Shown here piece by piece: positions 27,505-37,821 of a stretch of 46,831 nt of DNA. The stretch covers positions 1 through 46,831 of the forward strand of contig JAUSIQ010000018.1 of the NCBI GenBank assembly GCA_030647955.1, read 5' to 3'. Origin of the DNA: a bacterium. GTDB lineage: Bacteria > Patescibacteriota > Minisyncoccia > 2-02-FULL-40-12 > IGHO2-12-FULL-4. Made by a program: the position numbers and the translations under genes. Below the pieces are notes generated by a model. The model was not told the DNA's origin. It did not search any database and worked only from the letters and a program-made list of their open reading frames with translations. Position 1 is the stretch's first letter. Each line of letters begins with the position of its first letter.

Positions 27505-27984
27505 TTAAGCCGTCAGGTTATTTTCTGATTTTATGTTTGCGGCATTTTGTAAAATTCTTTCAAACACAGACGCCGCGGTGGCGATTACAACAGAAATAAA
27601 AGTAGCCAAAATGCCGATGGCAATAAAGCCCGCCGGATCGTCATCTACGTTGTGAGACGTCCTGATGTATAGTATTGCCATCACAATTAAGATGCTTTGC
27701 ATGATTGCACAATATTTTATAGTCCTTAAAGCTTTCGCGGAGCTTAGCGAGAATACTTTATTTTGCCCAATGTATCCGAGTAATTTAAATGCTTGATACA
27801 GCCCGACAAAAAACGGAATAGACGCTATATACATGTACACTATGAACGGATCCCAGTAAATACTAAACAAGTCTAAGTTTACAGCTCTCCCCTCGGTCAA
27901 GGGAAACCGAATCATGCCTCCAAGCGCCACGATTACTATAAATACAATTACTATCTTTAGAAATATTATTGAACCTTGTTTCAT
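27505..27984 (-). CDS. DUF2975 (YoaS-like) membrane protein, paralog
   Basis: PFFVGLYQAFKLLGYI, NA.NIKSENNLT. Confidence 0.92.
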   Translation of the reverse strand: MKQGSIIFLKIVIVFIVIVALGGMIRFPLTEGRAVNLDLFSIYWDPFIVYMYIASIPFFVGLYQAFKLLGYIGQNKVFSLSSAKALRTIKYCAIMQSILIVMAILYIRTSHNVDDDPAGFIAIGILATFISVVIATAASVFERILQNAANIKSENNLTA

Positions 27985-27988
27985 CTTA

Positions 27989-28084
27989 TTTTACTGAGCG
28001 AGGAGCAAAATGGAAGATTCTGATCTTACATTTTGTCCGACCGCGTGTCGCTAAAGCTTTAGCGGTGGCACAGCGAAGCTAAAA
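27989..28084. repeat. REP-like two-hairpin element
   Basis: CAAAATG.AAGAT..ATCTT.CATTTTG and GTGTCGCTAAAGCTTTAGCG..GCAC hairpins between TTTTA/TAAAA ends with AGCGA motifs. Confidence 0.55.
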
Positions 28085-28087
28085 GGG

Positions 28088-28170
28088 TAATGCCCCGATG
28101 CTCTGCATCGGTATCAATAATGTCTAGGACATTATTGATACCTCGCAGCTTGCTGCGAGGAGTATTCATT
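28088..28170 (+). mobile_element. Non-autonomous IS200/IS605-type palindromic element (PATE/MITE-like)
   Basis: CCGATGC.CTGCATCGG hairpin, 13-bp AT-rich hairpin, CCTCGCAGCTTGCTGCGAGG hairpin followed by TTCA; resembles HUH-transposase end hairpins. Confidence 0.5.
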
Positions 28171-28192
28171 AATAACTTAAACTTACTCCTTA

Positions 28193-28228
28193 ATTTATCG
28201 TATGTCAATAAATAAATATCGTTTATCG
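28193..28228 (-). promoter_or_regulatory. Putative YozG-type operator overlapping -35 of the DUF2975 operon
   Basis: ATTTATCG-TATGT-CAATAAAT imperfect palindrome, further TATCG half-sites; minus strand TTGACA-17-TAAGTT. Confidence 0.55.
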
Positions 28229-28251
28229 GCAAAGCATGTACCGTTTTACTT

Positions 28252-28785
28252 CTATTTGACGCGCAGATAGTCTGTCGCTAAAAGATACAAAGGACCGGCA
28301 CATATATAAAACCAGTAAATAAAAAGGGAGCCGTGAATGATTCCAAGTCCAAAAAATGATGGTGAGCTCTCTGCGCTTCGGATCCCAAGAAGGTAGTAAC
28401 CGATATATTCCAGACAGAAAAGGGCAGACACATATATTATGCTCACAACTACCCATCTATAAGAAACGCGCAAACGTTTATATATCTCCCGTAGCGCTAC
28501 CAATCCTGCTGTCCACAGAATGAGAGGATAGACATTTATGTGTCCTATTAATAAATTGTTGCCGGTATATACGGTTGCCTTATAAGAGGTAACGACAAGG
28601 GCAAAAAACAAAGCCACGAGAAGCTCTTCCCCAACAGAACGCCGATAAATTGCATACGCCACACATAGACACACAAAGACTAACCAAGTGACTACCAATT
28701 TATTATCAACTGTGGCAAGCGTCGGTACTGGAATGAGAGCTATTGCCAAACTCGAAAAGAGTATAATTTTCTGTCGAAACTTCAT
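28252..28785 (-). CDS. Hypothetical multi-pass membrane protein
   Basis: About 6 TMs; leaderless TGTTATAAT-6nt-ATG. Confidence 0.8.
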   Translation of the reverse strand: MKFRQKIILFSSLAIALIPVPTLATVDNKLVVTWLVFVCLCVAYAIYRRSVGEELLVALFFALVVTSYKATVYTGNNLLIGHINVYPLILWTAGLVALREIYKRLRVSYRWVVVSIIYVSALFCLEYIGYYLLGIRSAESSPSFFGLGIIHGSLFIYWFYICAGPLYLLATDYLRVK

Positions 28786-28982
28786 AAGGAAATTATAACA
28801 CGTGATAAAATTGATTCCCGATATTTATGCTAGGTATTATGCCCCATGCATGGTCAATATCATATTAATAAACTTTGACAAACGGCACCTGCTTTGCCCG
28901 CCCTAGTCCTTCGGTAAATTCAGGACAAAGGAGGGACACCTTTTTTAACGTAGTTATCCGCTACGTCCAACAGTTAGTTTCG

Positions 28983-29452
28983 TTAGTTTAAAATCCAAAT
29001 TGCAAAGTTCAAGTAGGCGGCAAAACTAACCCAAAGAATATATAGCGCCAGAAGCCAGGCAGCAGTTTTAGAGATTTTCCTGAATATTAAAATGGTCAAA
29101 ATAATAGTGGCCCACAAGAGTACGATAACCGCCAATGCGCTACCGATAGATTGAGCACCGAAAAATATTGGGGACCAGATGGCATTTAAGACCAGTTGAA
29201 CTGCAAAAAGCCAGATCGCTTTCTTCTTTCTTTGGAATCACTTTTCCATACCAGCCACAACGAAACGCCCATTAGGAGATATAGAGTTGTCCAGACCGGA
29301 CCAAATATCCATGCCGGCAGATTAAGCGCCGGCTTTGTGAGTGTCGCATACCAGGTTGGAATTGCCGAGATAGTAAACACGGAACCGAGTATACCCGCAA
29401 ATTCGGATACGCCGATCGCAACGAGTAACTTAATAAGATTATTTATACGCAT
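28983..29452 (-). pseudogene. tspO: Frameshifted TspO/MBR protein
   Basis: WY..L.KP...PAWIFGPVWTTLYLLMG, then frameshift in an AAAGAAAGAAG run near 29225. The other frame continues AIWLFAVQLVLNAIWSPIFFG..YILWVSFAAYLN to stop 28983. Confidence 0.9.
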
Positions 29453-29584
29453 GATCTTAATTCTATACGAAAACACTATCATTGACGATAGTGTTTTATG
29501 ATCCAGACTAGTAATTCGAGATGTCCAGCGGATGCTCTTATTGGTATAAGGTTTTTAGACGATTATTATATCTTATACAACTGA

Positions 29585-30427
29585 CTACCCCTCTATCGGA
29601 TCTAGAATTAAACAGCCGGGAGTACTGATAGACTCGTCATAGAGTGTTGGGTCACCAACGTACTCTTCCCATGATTTATAAAAAGCAATGATTTTCTTTC
29701 CTATTTCTTCCTTTATACTCGGATCAAGATAAGTAAACGGGCAGACATGCTCTGGTGGCCCATCTCCCCCACCATGCAAAATCCCGATTTCTACTGCACC
29801 AAATCCGGCAGGCGCTCCATGATCAAAATTACTTACCTCACCGATTATTTGACCAGCTTTTACTTTATCACCAACTTTTACCTTTGGATTTATTATGTGC
29901 TCTGTTTCATAAACCCACCTTTCGAGTTCACCACTCTTGGTTACTTGGATAGAATAATCACCGCTCCAAAGGGTTGGCATGTTGGCTACTATTCCATCCA
30001 CCAAAGAACGTACGGGAGTGCCTAGGGGTAAGATATAAGTAGGCTGTGGATTATATTTATTCGGAGATGCGCTACTGGACGGTATAAAAAAACCATAACC
30101 CATAAACAAACGGTTAAACTGTAGATTTTGTTTTGCAAAAAGAAAATCACCGGCTCGGCCTGATCCTGGATCATAGTAGTCTAAGTTGATCCCAATACTT
30201 TTTAAAAGCACCGGGGGTTTATCACCACTGACTTGCTGAACCACTGGAGATTGTGTTTGGTTTACAACCGGTTTTGTATTATTTGTATTATTTGGTTTGG
30301 TATTAGGCACACTGCTCGGACTAACCTCCGAATTTAGTGTAGAGTCATGATTAAATTCGCTGAAGACATATAGACCGAAAGCTAGGAGACAGATACCGAT
30401 AATACCGGGTACAATAAATTTTCTCAT
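29585..30427 (-). CDS. M23-like membrane-anchored protein
   Basis: GTPVRSLVDG.V, YETEH, VKVGDKVKAGQIIG, HVCP. Confidence 0.85.
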   Translation of the reverse strand: MRKFIVPGIIGICLLAFGLYVFSEFNHDSTLNSEVSPSSVPNTKPNNTNNTKPVVNQTQSPVVQQVSGDKPPVLLKSIGINLDYYDPGSGRAGDFLFAKQNLQFNRLFMGYGFFIPSSSASPNKYNPQPTYILPLGTPVRSLVDGIVANMPTLWSGDYSIQVTKSGELERWVYETEHIINPKVKVGDKVKAGQIIGEVSNFDHGAPAGFGAVEIGILHGGGDGPPEHVCPFTYLDPSIKEEIGKKIIAFYKSWEEYVGDPTLYDESISTPGCLILDPIEG

Positions 30428-30476
30428 AAATCATTTTATCACTATATAAGATAAGCAAAAGTCTCTCCGTCCTATC

Positions 30477-30507
30477 TGGCTCCGGACCTGGAACGAAGTT
30501 CGAACCT
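30477..30507. other. Degenerate tRNA-Asn 3'-end/att-like relic
   Basis: TGGCTCCG...TTCGAACCT versus tRNA antisense GCTCCG...CTCGAACCT; coincides with a shift to GC-richer DNA. Confidence 0.4.
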
Positions 30508-30701
30508 GCTATTTCTCAAACGTCAAGTTTTGGGCGCTTCCTTCATTCCCGTTAACTTGCTCTAATTCTAAAGAGACTCGGGAGGACGAGCAAGAGGTGG
30601 CCTAGCCTTTTGATGCTGACGTTTTGTGCGTTCACGATAGGTCGAGCTCAAGACCACTGCAAGACGCTACAATTTGCCACATATGGCAGACTTTCCCCCC
30701 C

Positions 30702-31313
30702 CTACAACGATTCGAAAAACTCAAACGTAGCCCGATCATAGTCTACACCTGTGATCCTGTCGCCGTGTGCCTCCGTGAGGGGCTGAAGAACTTCGACCAC
30801 AAATCTAACAGCGACTGGTTTGAATATATGCGCCAACAGACTCGAGTCAATTACACCGTCCTCTGCAAACAGACGAACCTTGTGAAAATAACGATACGTC
30901 AAACGTCGCCAATCATCCAACTCGTCGCCTGTTCCCTCTGACACCTGTCTAATGAATTCTGCAGCAGCGCGCGATACTCCGGACCGTAAACACTTTTCAC
31001 TGAACCGGTGAAGCTCCCTCATGGCTTTACCCATATCTGGCGATGCGTACTCCGTAACAAGACTCGAAACCAATTGCCGCTTTGCAGCATCCTCGGTCGC
31101 CTGCACGCTCTCACCTAATCGCTTCAGATGCCAAACCGCGACGCCAAGTGCAATCACTGCTCCGACCACCAAACCTCGCTGTGCACTTCTAAACATCCTG
31201 AGCGTCTCTGGCCACTGCACTTCCCAAAACTTCCGATACTTTTCTAACTCCTCAGACTCACTCTCCAATTTAGCAATCCGATCTTCCATGTTCGACTGCA
31301 TAGGCCCATTCAT
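30702..31313 (-). CDS. Hypothetical TM-anchored helical protein (DUF4760-like)
   Basis: TM then EYAS..M..AM, YFHKV..F..DGVID; GGGAGA RBS; GC-richer. Confidence 0.7.
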   Translation of the reverse strand: MNGPMQSNMEDRIAKLESESEELEKYRKFWEVQWPETLRMFRSAQRGLVVGAVIALGVAVWHLKRLGESVQATEDAAKRQLVSSLVTEYASPDMGKAMRELHRFSEKCLRSGVSRAAAEFIRQVSEGTGDELDDWRRLTYRYFHKVRLFAEDGVIDSSLLAHIFKPVAVRFVVEVLQPLTEAHGDRITGVDYDRATFEFFESL

Positions 31314-31351
31314 ATCGTCTCCCTTCCCACGAACATTAAAAAACCAAAGGG

Positions 31352-31561
31352 TTACCCTTTGGTTTTGAAGCTCATCCTTAACTCGTCATGTTGCCTCAGG
31401 ATTCTATCCAAACGCCGAGCGTTACCCAGCAATATTATTCCGAGCACAAGACCTGCTCCAACACACAATCCTCCAAATATACAATCCTCCAGCTCCAATT
31501 TCGATTGAAGCTGCGATCTCCCCCGCTGATTCATACCGCCTCCAATAAGGCGATAGGACAC
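31352..31561 (-). CDS. Small hypothetical membrane protein
   Basis: One TM; GGAGG precedes internal ATG 31534. Confidence 0.5.
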   Translation of the reverse strand: MSYRLIGGGMNQRGRSQLQSKLELEDCIFGGLCVGAGLVLGIILLGNARRLDRILRQHDELRMSFKTKG

Positions 31562-31626
31562 TCCAGCGGCGGGAAGGACCCGGCGCTGGGCCCTACCGAC
31601 ATGCTCACTTACTATTTACATAGTAT

Positions 31627-31854
31627 CTAAATTTCAGAAAACGTCAAGCCAGACCAGATTCCATGTAGGCTAGTCCTTACTTCAGTCTCACACGCCTGAC
31701 ATCGATGCCCTTCCGGCAACGGCCGCATGACCAATTGATAGAGCTGGACCATTTTTAGAGCCAAATCAAAGGCCCGCTTATCGGAGAGGTCTTCACCGAC
31801 ATGATTTCGATAGATTCTTTTGAACTCTGTAAGCTCCTCAGGAGTTATGTGCAT
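31627..31854 (-). CDS. Small protein typical of CPR integrative elements
   Basis: EELTEFKRIYRNHVGEDLSD..A...A.K.V.LY..V.RP pattern, recognised from memory only. Confidence 0.7.
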   Translation of the reverse strand: MHITPEELTEFKRIYRNHVGEDLSDKRAFDLALKMVQLYQLVMRPLPEGHRCQACETEVRTSLHGIWSGLTFSEI

Positions 31855-31918
31855 ATGCGGCTAACTTAGAAGAACTGCTGCCGTTTGACAAGCCACTCCG
31901 ACTTGTTAAACTAGAACC

Positions 31919-32155
31919 ATGTCCGATCTCACTAAAGAATATTTTGATAAACAGCTAGGCAACCTGGCAACCAAGGCTGATTTGGCGCTGCAGACCCAAG
32001 ACTTAAAGTCATACACCGATGACAAAATCGATGAGCTCGCCGGAATGGTAGAGAGACGCTTCGACGAAGTCGAACGCAAGCTGGATGTGCGGGAGGAAGT
32101 AGATCGGCTCAAGACCCAGATGAAGAAGGTCTGGGATGCTCTACATCTCGGATAG
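31919..32155 (+). CDS. Small coiled-coil hypothetical protein
   Basis: LATKADL, KIDELAGMVERRFDEV heptads. Confidence 0.8.
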   Translation: MSDLTKEYFDKQLGNLATKADLALQTQDLKSYTDDKIDELAGMVERRFDEVERKLDVREEVDRLKTQMKKVWDALHLG

Positions 32156-32391
32156 AGAGAGTCTGTTTTGGCTCGAACCTAACGAATCTTCCTTATTTCC
32201 TCAATACAATCTGTGTGTTTCACTCTCCGGTGTCCTTACTCCGTCCTCGTCACAGTGAATTTGCTCGAACCACCATCCGTGGTTATTTTTCAATCTTTTA
32301 GAACGATTATGAAGTCACCTTCGTGATTTGCTCCGCTTAATCCTTGGTGTTAGAACCTGACTTGAAGTAAATAAAAAGACCGATTTCTCGG

Positions 32392-33231
32392 TCAAGGAGT
32401 CCAATGTTCAGAACATTCGGTATATGACATGCCCGAATGAAGGCTAAGAATTTGGTTAATAAATTCTCCAATAGTTTCAGGTAACTGTCGAACCTTATCT
32501 CCTTCTTCCGCATCTCTACCTTCTGCTGATCCGAGTGAACCATCTGGGAGCCAGAACTTGTCACGAAGCCTGCGCAGGGACTTGGTTACCAGAGGAAGGT
32601 CGAGAAGCTTGGTAGGCCCTTCAACTCTTGTAGCAATATCTTCTGTCACTTGCATAACTTCTGCTAACGCTTTGTAGAAAGCTTCCGCTGCTTGCTGCCT
32701 GGTCCACTTTATATCCAGCACCATGCAACCACATGATAGACACTGACCAGGCTTGAGCTGTTGCAGTTGAGTTATGTGCTCGTGGTGACTTTTTGGCACA
32801 GGAAACTGCACAGTAATTTTAGCCCTGAGTTTGGGTAGTAGTACTGCTCCGCTAGATCGCTTCATCCTGTTCTCACAATCAGAACATTGCATTACATGTT
32901 CTTCTATGGCCGTAGTGTATGCCCTTAGATCATCATGACCCCAATCACCACCCTGAATGAGGCTGTGAGGATCGAGTTGGGGAGGAGTGAACGAGACACG
33001 CTCCTCTTCGCGTACGAAACCGTCAGTTCCTTTAATATAGTTAACTAGCGTGCCCTCCCAGATGCCGTCAACTTTCTCGATACAATCCTCAATCCAGAAA
33101 AAATTTTTGCCAATCCATACTGCGGATCTTGGAGTTTTTTCAAAGATTGATTTGACAGACTTAAATCCTAGAAGTGAATTTAGGTGCTTCACGAACCCTC
33201 CTACAATTAGAACTAAAAAACAAAATACCAC
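32392..33231 (-). CDS. Hypothetical protein with Cys/His clusters
   Basis: H..QCSDC, HH.H..CLSCGC; real start probably GTG 33189. Confidence 0.65.
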   Translation of the reverse strand: MVFCFLVLIVGGFVKHLNSLLGFKSVKSIFEKTPRSAVWIGKNFFWIEDCIEKVDGIWEGTLVNYIKGTDGFVREEERVSFTPPQLDPHSLIQGGDWGHDDLRAYTTAIEEHVMQCSDCENRMKRSSGAVLLPKLRAKITVQFPVPKSHHEHITQLQQLKPGQCLSCGCMVLDIKWTRQQAAEAFYKALAEVMQVTEDIATRVEGPTKLLDLPLVTKSLRRLRDKFWLPDGSLGSAEGRDAEEGDKVRQLPETIGEFINQILSLHSGMSYTECSEHWTP

Positions 33232-33255
33232 TCAAGTGGTATTTTGTCAATGATG

Positions 33256-33327
33256 CTCCGCGGCTAGGACTCGAACCTAGAACCATCGCGTTAACAGCGC
33301 GCCGCTCTACCATTGAGCTACCGCGGA
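33256..33327 (-). tRNA. tRNA-Asn (GTT), CCA not encoded
   Basis: TCCGCGG/CCGCGGA acceptor, CTGTTAA loop, GTTCGAGTC T-loop, G73. Confidence 0.97.
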
Positions 33328-33439
33328 ATTTGTTTGGACTTTAGCATTTTACCAGCAATTCCCTATTTATTCAAGTTGCCGACTCCACTCACCTTGATAT
33401 AATTTTTAGCACGGTTATTTAAAAATACAGGAGGAAGTT

Positions 33440-34018
33440 GTGTCCCGATTAGAAGTTATTGCCGGTCCGATGTTTAGTGGAAAGTCCGAAGAAATGATCA
33501 GAAGGCTAGTGCGATCATCTTTTGCTAGAAAGGGTATTTTTACGCTACGGCCCAGGTTAGACGATCGTGTTACCAGAAATATTTTCAACTTAATTAATGA
33601 AAATAACTTCTTAAATTCTTACAAAAATATTCGCTCCGGCTTTCTCGATAATCCCGAAACGTTAAAACGGGCCATCAAAGATTTTGGCCTTCAAGTTTTA
33701 GCGATCGATGAAGCTCAATTCTTCGAACCATGGATCGTTGACATCATCAAAGAAACTTTGGACAGGTTTGCCAGGGATGATTTTCGTATCATCGTCTCTG
33801 GTCTGGATATGAACTTCCTAAAAGAGCCGTTCGGTCCGATGCCAGCCTTGATGGCCATGGCCGATGAAGTAGTGAAGCTCACCGCTATTTGTCATCGTTG
33901 CCGCACCAATCCTGCCAACCTTACTTATAAACTGGGAGACTCTAAACAGAAAGTTGAAGTCGGCGATAGCGAACTTTATCAGGCCCGTTGTCGCCATTGT
34001 CATGCTTTGCCAGATTAA
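33440..34018 (+). CDS. tdk: Thymidine kinase
   Basis: GPMFSGKSEE, IDEAQFF, GLDMNF..PFG, CHRC, YQARCRHC. Confidence 0.96.
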   Translation: MSRLEVIAGPMFSGKSEEMIRRLVRSSFARKGIFTLRPRLDDRVTRNIFNLINENNFLNSYKNIRSGFLDNPETLKRAIKDFGLQVLAIDEAQFFEPWIVDIIKETLDRFARDDFRIIVSGLDMNFLKEPFGPMPALMAMADEVVKLTAICHRCRTNPANLTYKLGDSKQKVEVGDSELYQARCRHCHALPD

Positions 34019-34198
34019 CCCAAGCACCCCTATGGTGCTTTTTCATTCCCTGTGGATTATTTTTTAGAACGATTTGTAGTACAATATTTATATTGAATCC
34101 CGGACGAAATAGCCCTAGCCGGTCCGGAACTCATATCTAAAAATTAACACTATAGCTTATTGCGCATGTATAACTGCGTAGCAGCTATTTCGTACGGG

Positions 34199-34645
34199 AT
34201 GAAGAAACAAAATAGACAACAAGGTTTTACCTTAATCGAAATTTTGGTCGTTATCGGTATTATCGCTATCTTAGCCGCAGTGGTTATTGTTGCTCTTAAT
34301 CCGGCAAGACAATTCGCGCAAGCCCGCAACACCCAACGCACCTCGAATGTTAATACGATCCTAAACGCCACCTGGCAACGCATGATCGATAACCGCGGTA
34401 TTTGGACTATTAGCGGAGGCTGTAGCGTCGCTCTTCCCGCCACTCCTACCATCATCGGATCCGGAGCCGGCAATGTTAATCTTGAACCCTGCTTAGTACC
34501 AACTTATGTTTCTACTTTAGTTGTCGACCCCAATAACGGTACTCTCGCTTCCAGCGGCTACAGTATTTATCGCGATGTGAACGGCCGCATCGTCGTCAAC
34601 GCGCCAATGGCCGAATTAGGCGACACCATCTCCGTCACTCGATAA
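34199..34645 (+). CDS. Type IV pilin-like protein
   Basis: QQG|FTLIEILVVIGIIAILA, NPARQFAQARNTQR, LVPTY..DP. Confidence 0.93.
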   Translation: MKKQNRQQGFTLIEILVVIGIIAILAAVVIVALNPARQFAQARNTQRTSNVNTILNATWQRMIDNRGIWTISGGCSVALPATPTIIGSGAGNVNLEPCLVPTYVSTLVVDPNNGTLASSGYSIYRDVNGRIVVNAPMAELGDTISVTR

Positions 34646-34680
34646 ACAAAAAGACCTCGTACGAGGTCTTTTTGTTTATC
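34641..34680. terminator. Bidirectional terminator (perfect 40-bp palindrome)
   Basis: GATAAACAAAAAGACCTCGT|ACGAGGTCTTTTTGTTTATC between convergent pilin and rpoD. Confidence 0.88.
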
Positions 34681-34681
34681 T

Positions 34682-35896
34682 CTAATACCCTTTTAGTTTA
34701 TCCGCCTTGTGATGCTGGCGAATTTTTTCAAGGGCCTTGGCTTCAATCTGACGAATACGTTCGCGAGTAACGGCGAACACCTTCCCCACTTCTTCCAAAG
34801 TGTGCATGACGCCATCATTTAAACCAAAACGCATTTCAAGAATCTTCTGCTCGCGCGGAGTAAGGTCCTGAATAATTTCCATCAAGTGATCTTTGAGAAT
34901 ACGTCGCGCAGCCGAAACCGACGGTGCAATACTGTCTTCGTCCGGAATGAAGTCGGCGAGCATACTGTCTTCGTCGTCATCTCCCACTGGCGTTTCCAAA
35001 GGAATTGTATCTTGGGAAATTTTAATAATGTGACGGATTTTCTCGATGTCCATGCCCATTTCCACGGCAATTTCTTCCGGCAACGGTTCACGTCCCAAAT
35101 CCTGCACCAAACGACGCACCACCTGCTGGTACTTATTGATCGTTTCTACCATGTGCACCGGAATACGAATAGTGCGGGCTTGGTCGGCTAAGGCTCGGGT
35201 GATGGCCTGACGAATCCACCACGTGGCATAAGTTGAGAATTTGTACCCGCGCTTGTAATAGAAGTTCTCCACCGAGCGCGATAATCCAATATTCCCCTCT
35301 TGAATGTGGTCAAGCAAAGTTAAATTCGCCGAACGGCCAATGTATTTTTTGGCAATCGAAACCACCAAACGCAAGTTCGATAAAATTAATTTCTGCCGAG
35401 CGGCCTCGTCACTTAACAAAATTTTCTTGGCCAGATCCACCTCTTCTTCGGCGCGCAACAACGGGTACTGTCCAATTTCACGCAAATACATCTGCACCGA
35501 GTCCGAAGAAATATCTCCTAACTCTGTTTCCAACTTCTTCTTCTCTTCAAATTCTTTGGCGCGATCCTGTTCGAAAATCTTTCCCGTTTCGATGATGTTG
35601 ATATTGGAAGATTCCAAACGCTCGTAGAGTTGTTCCAACCCCTCGATATCTTTTTCGATATGAGGAAAAGCATGTAAAATTTCCGCCTCCGTGACAAATC
35701 CACGGTGACGGCCTTTGTCGATCAACTTTAAAACGTCATCTTCTTTGATGACTTGTTTAATCGCCTTAGCGGCCTTTCCCGCCCCCTTGGCTTCAGCCTT
35801 TTTCTTCGCCGGTTTCGCTTTTTTAGCCGCATCTACTTTCGGCCGCTTTACCGGCACAGTCTTTTTGGCCTTTTTATTTTTTTTGTTTTTCGCCAT
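34682..35896 (-). CDS. rpoD: Primary sigma factor RpoD
   Basis: [57 protein letters not shown]; follows dnaG. Confidence 0.97.
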   Translation of the reverse strand: MAKNKKNKKAKKTVPVKRPKVDAAKKAKPAKKKAEAKGAGKAAKAIKQVIKEDDVLKLIDKGRHRGFVTEAEILHAFPHIEKDIEGLEQLYERLESSNINIIETGKIFEQDRAKEFEEKKKLETELGDISSDSVQMYLREIGQYPLLRAEEEVDLAKKILLSDEAARQKLILSNLRLVVSIAKKYIGRSANLTLLDHIQEGNIGLSRSVENFYYKRGYKFSTYATWWIRQAITRALADQARTIRIPVHMVETINKYQQVVRRLVQDLGREPLPEEIAVEMGMDIEKIRHIIKISQDTIPLETPVGDDDEDSMLADFIPDEDSIAPSVSAARRILKDHLMEIIQDLTPREQKILEMRFGLNDGVMHTLEEVGKVFAVTRERIRQIEAKALEKIRQHHKADKLKGY

Positions 35897-35898
35897 AG

Positions 35899-37698
35899 TT
35901 ATATTTTGATCTGATTAAGACGACTGGCTGTTTCCTGAAACTGTCCCACTAAGCCGGAAACTACCTCTTGATTTTTATTCTTCTCCGCCTGCTTGATGGC
36001 GAATTCCAGGTCAGCGAGTTTAGCATTAATCGTTCTTCGCCAGAGCTGGTTCAGAATCGACATGAACTCAAGCTCTAGGTCATAATCCGTAAACCCTTGC
36101 CACAATTCCTGCGCCTGCAGATAGAGCCGTTCCAGGTACATCGGCGATTGCTCGCCGCCTTCCGGCATCTTCTGCACCATATAATCCATCACTGGACCTT
36201 GTTGCTGTTCGTTAATATAATTTTTAAAAATATTGAAAAAAGAATGCAAAGCTAAAATCTCTATCTCCTTTTCACTCAAAACCGAGGAGACCATTGTGAT
36301 CAACTGCGGCTTAATCATTAATAAAGATACGAGATAATCTTCTAAAACACTTAACTTGGCTGTGGCCAAGAAAGCTTGCTTGTCCTGTAAGGATTTGCCC
36401 GCCTGCATCGCCGGCCCAATGGCCATCTTGTCCATCTGCTCCCAAAGCAAATCGTCTTTTACTTTTAAATGCATGGCTAATTCGGCAATCCAATGAGACT
36501 GCTCAACGCGATTGGGAATACTTTTTAAAATGGGCAAAACTTTTTCGGTGATCATTTTTTTGCCCGTCCCCGTAGCCACGTCGAAAGTTTTCAAAGCATT
36601 TTGCAGATAGAAACCAAAGATCGGTTGCGGAGCTTGCAAACGTTCCTGCCACTTCTCACCGTACTTCTGCACGTAATCCGCCGGATCTTTGCACAACGGA
36701 TCATCGAGACTGACTACCGCCAAATTAAAACTTTGTTGTAAGGCGGAAGCAATTCCTCGCTCCATCGCCTGGCGTCCCGCCGAATCCGCATCAAAACACA
36801 AATCAAGGTTCTGGGTGTAGCGTTTGATGATCTTGAGATGCTGATCAGTCAGAGCCGTTCCCGAAGAAGCCACCACATTGGCTGCTCCGGCTTGGTGCGA
36901 CATAATCACATCCATATTGCCCTCGACGACCACGCAGCGATTATGCTGTTTGATGCTTAACTTGGCCTTCTCGAGACCATATAGAATACGACTCTTGTCG
37001 TAAAGAATCGTCTGTGGAGTGTTCACATACTTGGCCAGTTCATCCGCGGCCTTCTTGCCAAAGATGCGTCCCGTGAAGCCCACGATTTGACCATTAACAT
37101 CGGCGATCGGAAACATCACCCGCGAACGAAAGCGATCATAAATCCCGCCGCGATCTCTCTTGATCGCCATGCCGGAATCAATGATCTCCTGTTCGGTATA
37201 ACCGCGATCCCGCAAAAAGGAAATGAGACTATCCCAAGATTCTGGAGCATAGCCTAAGCGAAAGTTCTTCGCCGTTTCTTCCTGCAAGCCTCGGCCTTGC
37301 AGATAAGACTGTACTTTTTTGCCGGTGTTCGATTCCAACTGCTTTTGAAAAAACTTGGCAGACCACTCGCAAACTTCATAGAGTCGAGTCTTCGAATCCT
37401 GAAAGGTGCGATCAAACTTTTCTAGTTCGATTCCAGCCCGCTTGGCTAAAATCCGTAAGGCCTCCGGAAAATCCACACTCTCTACCTCCTGCACGAAAGC
37501 AAACTGGTCGCCTCCTTTTGAGCAACCAAAACAGTGCCAAATTTGGCGACTGGGTGAGATATAGAAAGAGGGGGTCTTTTCGTTGTGAAAAGGACAGTTG
37601 GCTTTGTAATTGACCCCGGCCTTATGTACCTTCAAATAACTGGAGATAAGTTCGACAATATCCACACGGTCCTTGATTTTTTCGATATTGCCATCCAT
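35899..37698 (-). CDS. dnaG: DNA primase
   Basis: [51 protein letters not shown]. Confidence 0.98.
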   Translation of the reverse strand: MDGNIEKIKDRVDIVELISSYLKVHKAGVNYKANCPFHNEKTPSFYISPSRQIWHCFGCSKGGDQFAFVQEVESVDFPEALRILAKRAGIELEKFDRTFQDSKTRLYEVCEWSAKFFQKQLESNTGKKVQSYLQGRGLQEETAKNFRLGYAPESWDSLISFLRDRGYTEQEIIDSGMAIKRDRGGIYDRFRSRVMFPIADVNGQIVGFTGRIFGKKAADELAKYVNTPQTILYDKSRILYGLEKAKLSIKQHNRCVVVEGNMDVIMSHQAGAANVVASSGTALTDQHLKIIKRYTQNLDLCFDADSAGRQAMERGIASALQQSFNLAVVSLDDPLCKDPADYVQKYGEKWQERLQAPQPIFGFYLQNALKTFDVATGTGKKMITEKVLPILKSIPNRVEQSHWIAELAMHLKVKDDLLWEQMDKMAIGPAMQAGKSLQDKQAFLATAKLSVLEDYLVSLLMIKPQLITMVSSVLSEKEIEILALHSFFNIFKNYINEQQQGPVMDYMVQKMPEGGEQSPMYLERLYLQAQELWQGFTDYDLELEFMSILNQLWRRTINAKLADLEFAIKQAEKNKNQEVVSGLVGQFQETASRLNQIKI

Positions 37699-37821
37699 TC
37701 CAAAATAGAGAAATTTTTACAAATTAGCTTAAAATTAAGCTTAAACAACAGCTTTTAAAGCTGCAGAAATTCCATTATAACACAAGACCTTTTGTAAAAC
37801 AATCATTCGAGGTCTATATTT

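Noticed and set aside
30560-33231. Intact prophage or integrative element at tRNA-Asn
   Set aside because: No integrase, replication or structural genes and no clean att duplication; only relics remain.
34641-34680. Perfect 40-bp palindrome as a recombination or telomere-resolution site
   Set aside because: Fully explained as a bidirectional terminator between convergent genes with U-tracts on both strands.
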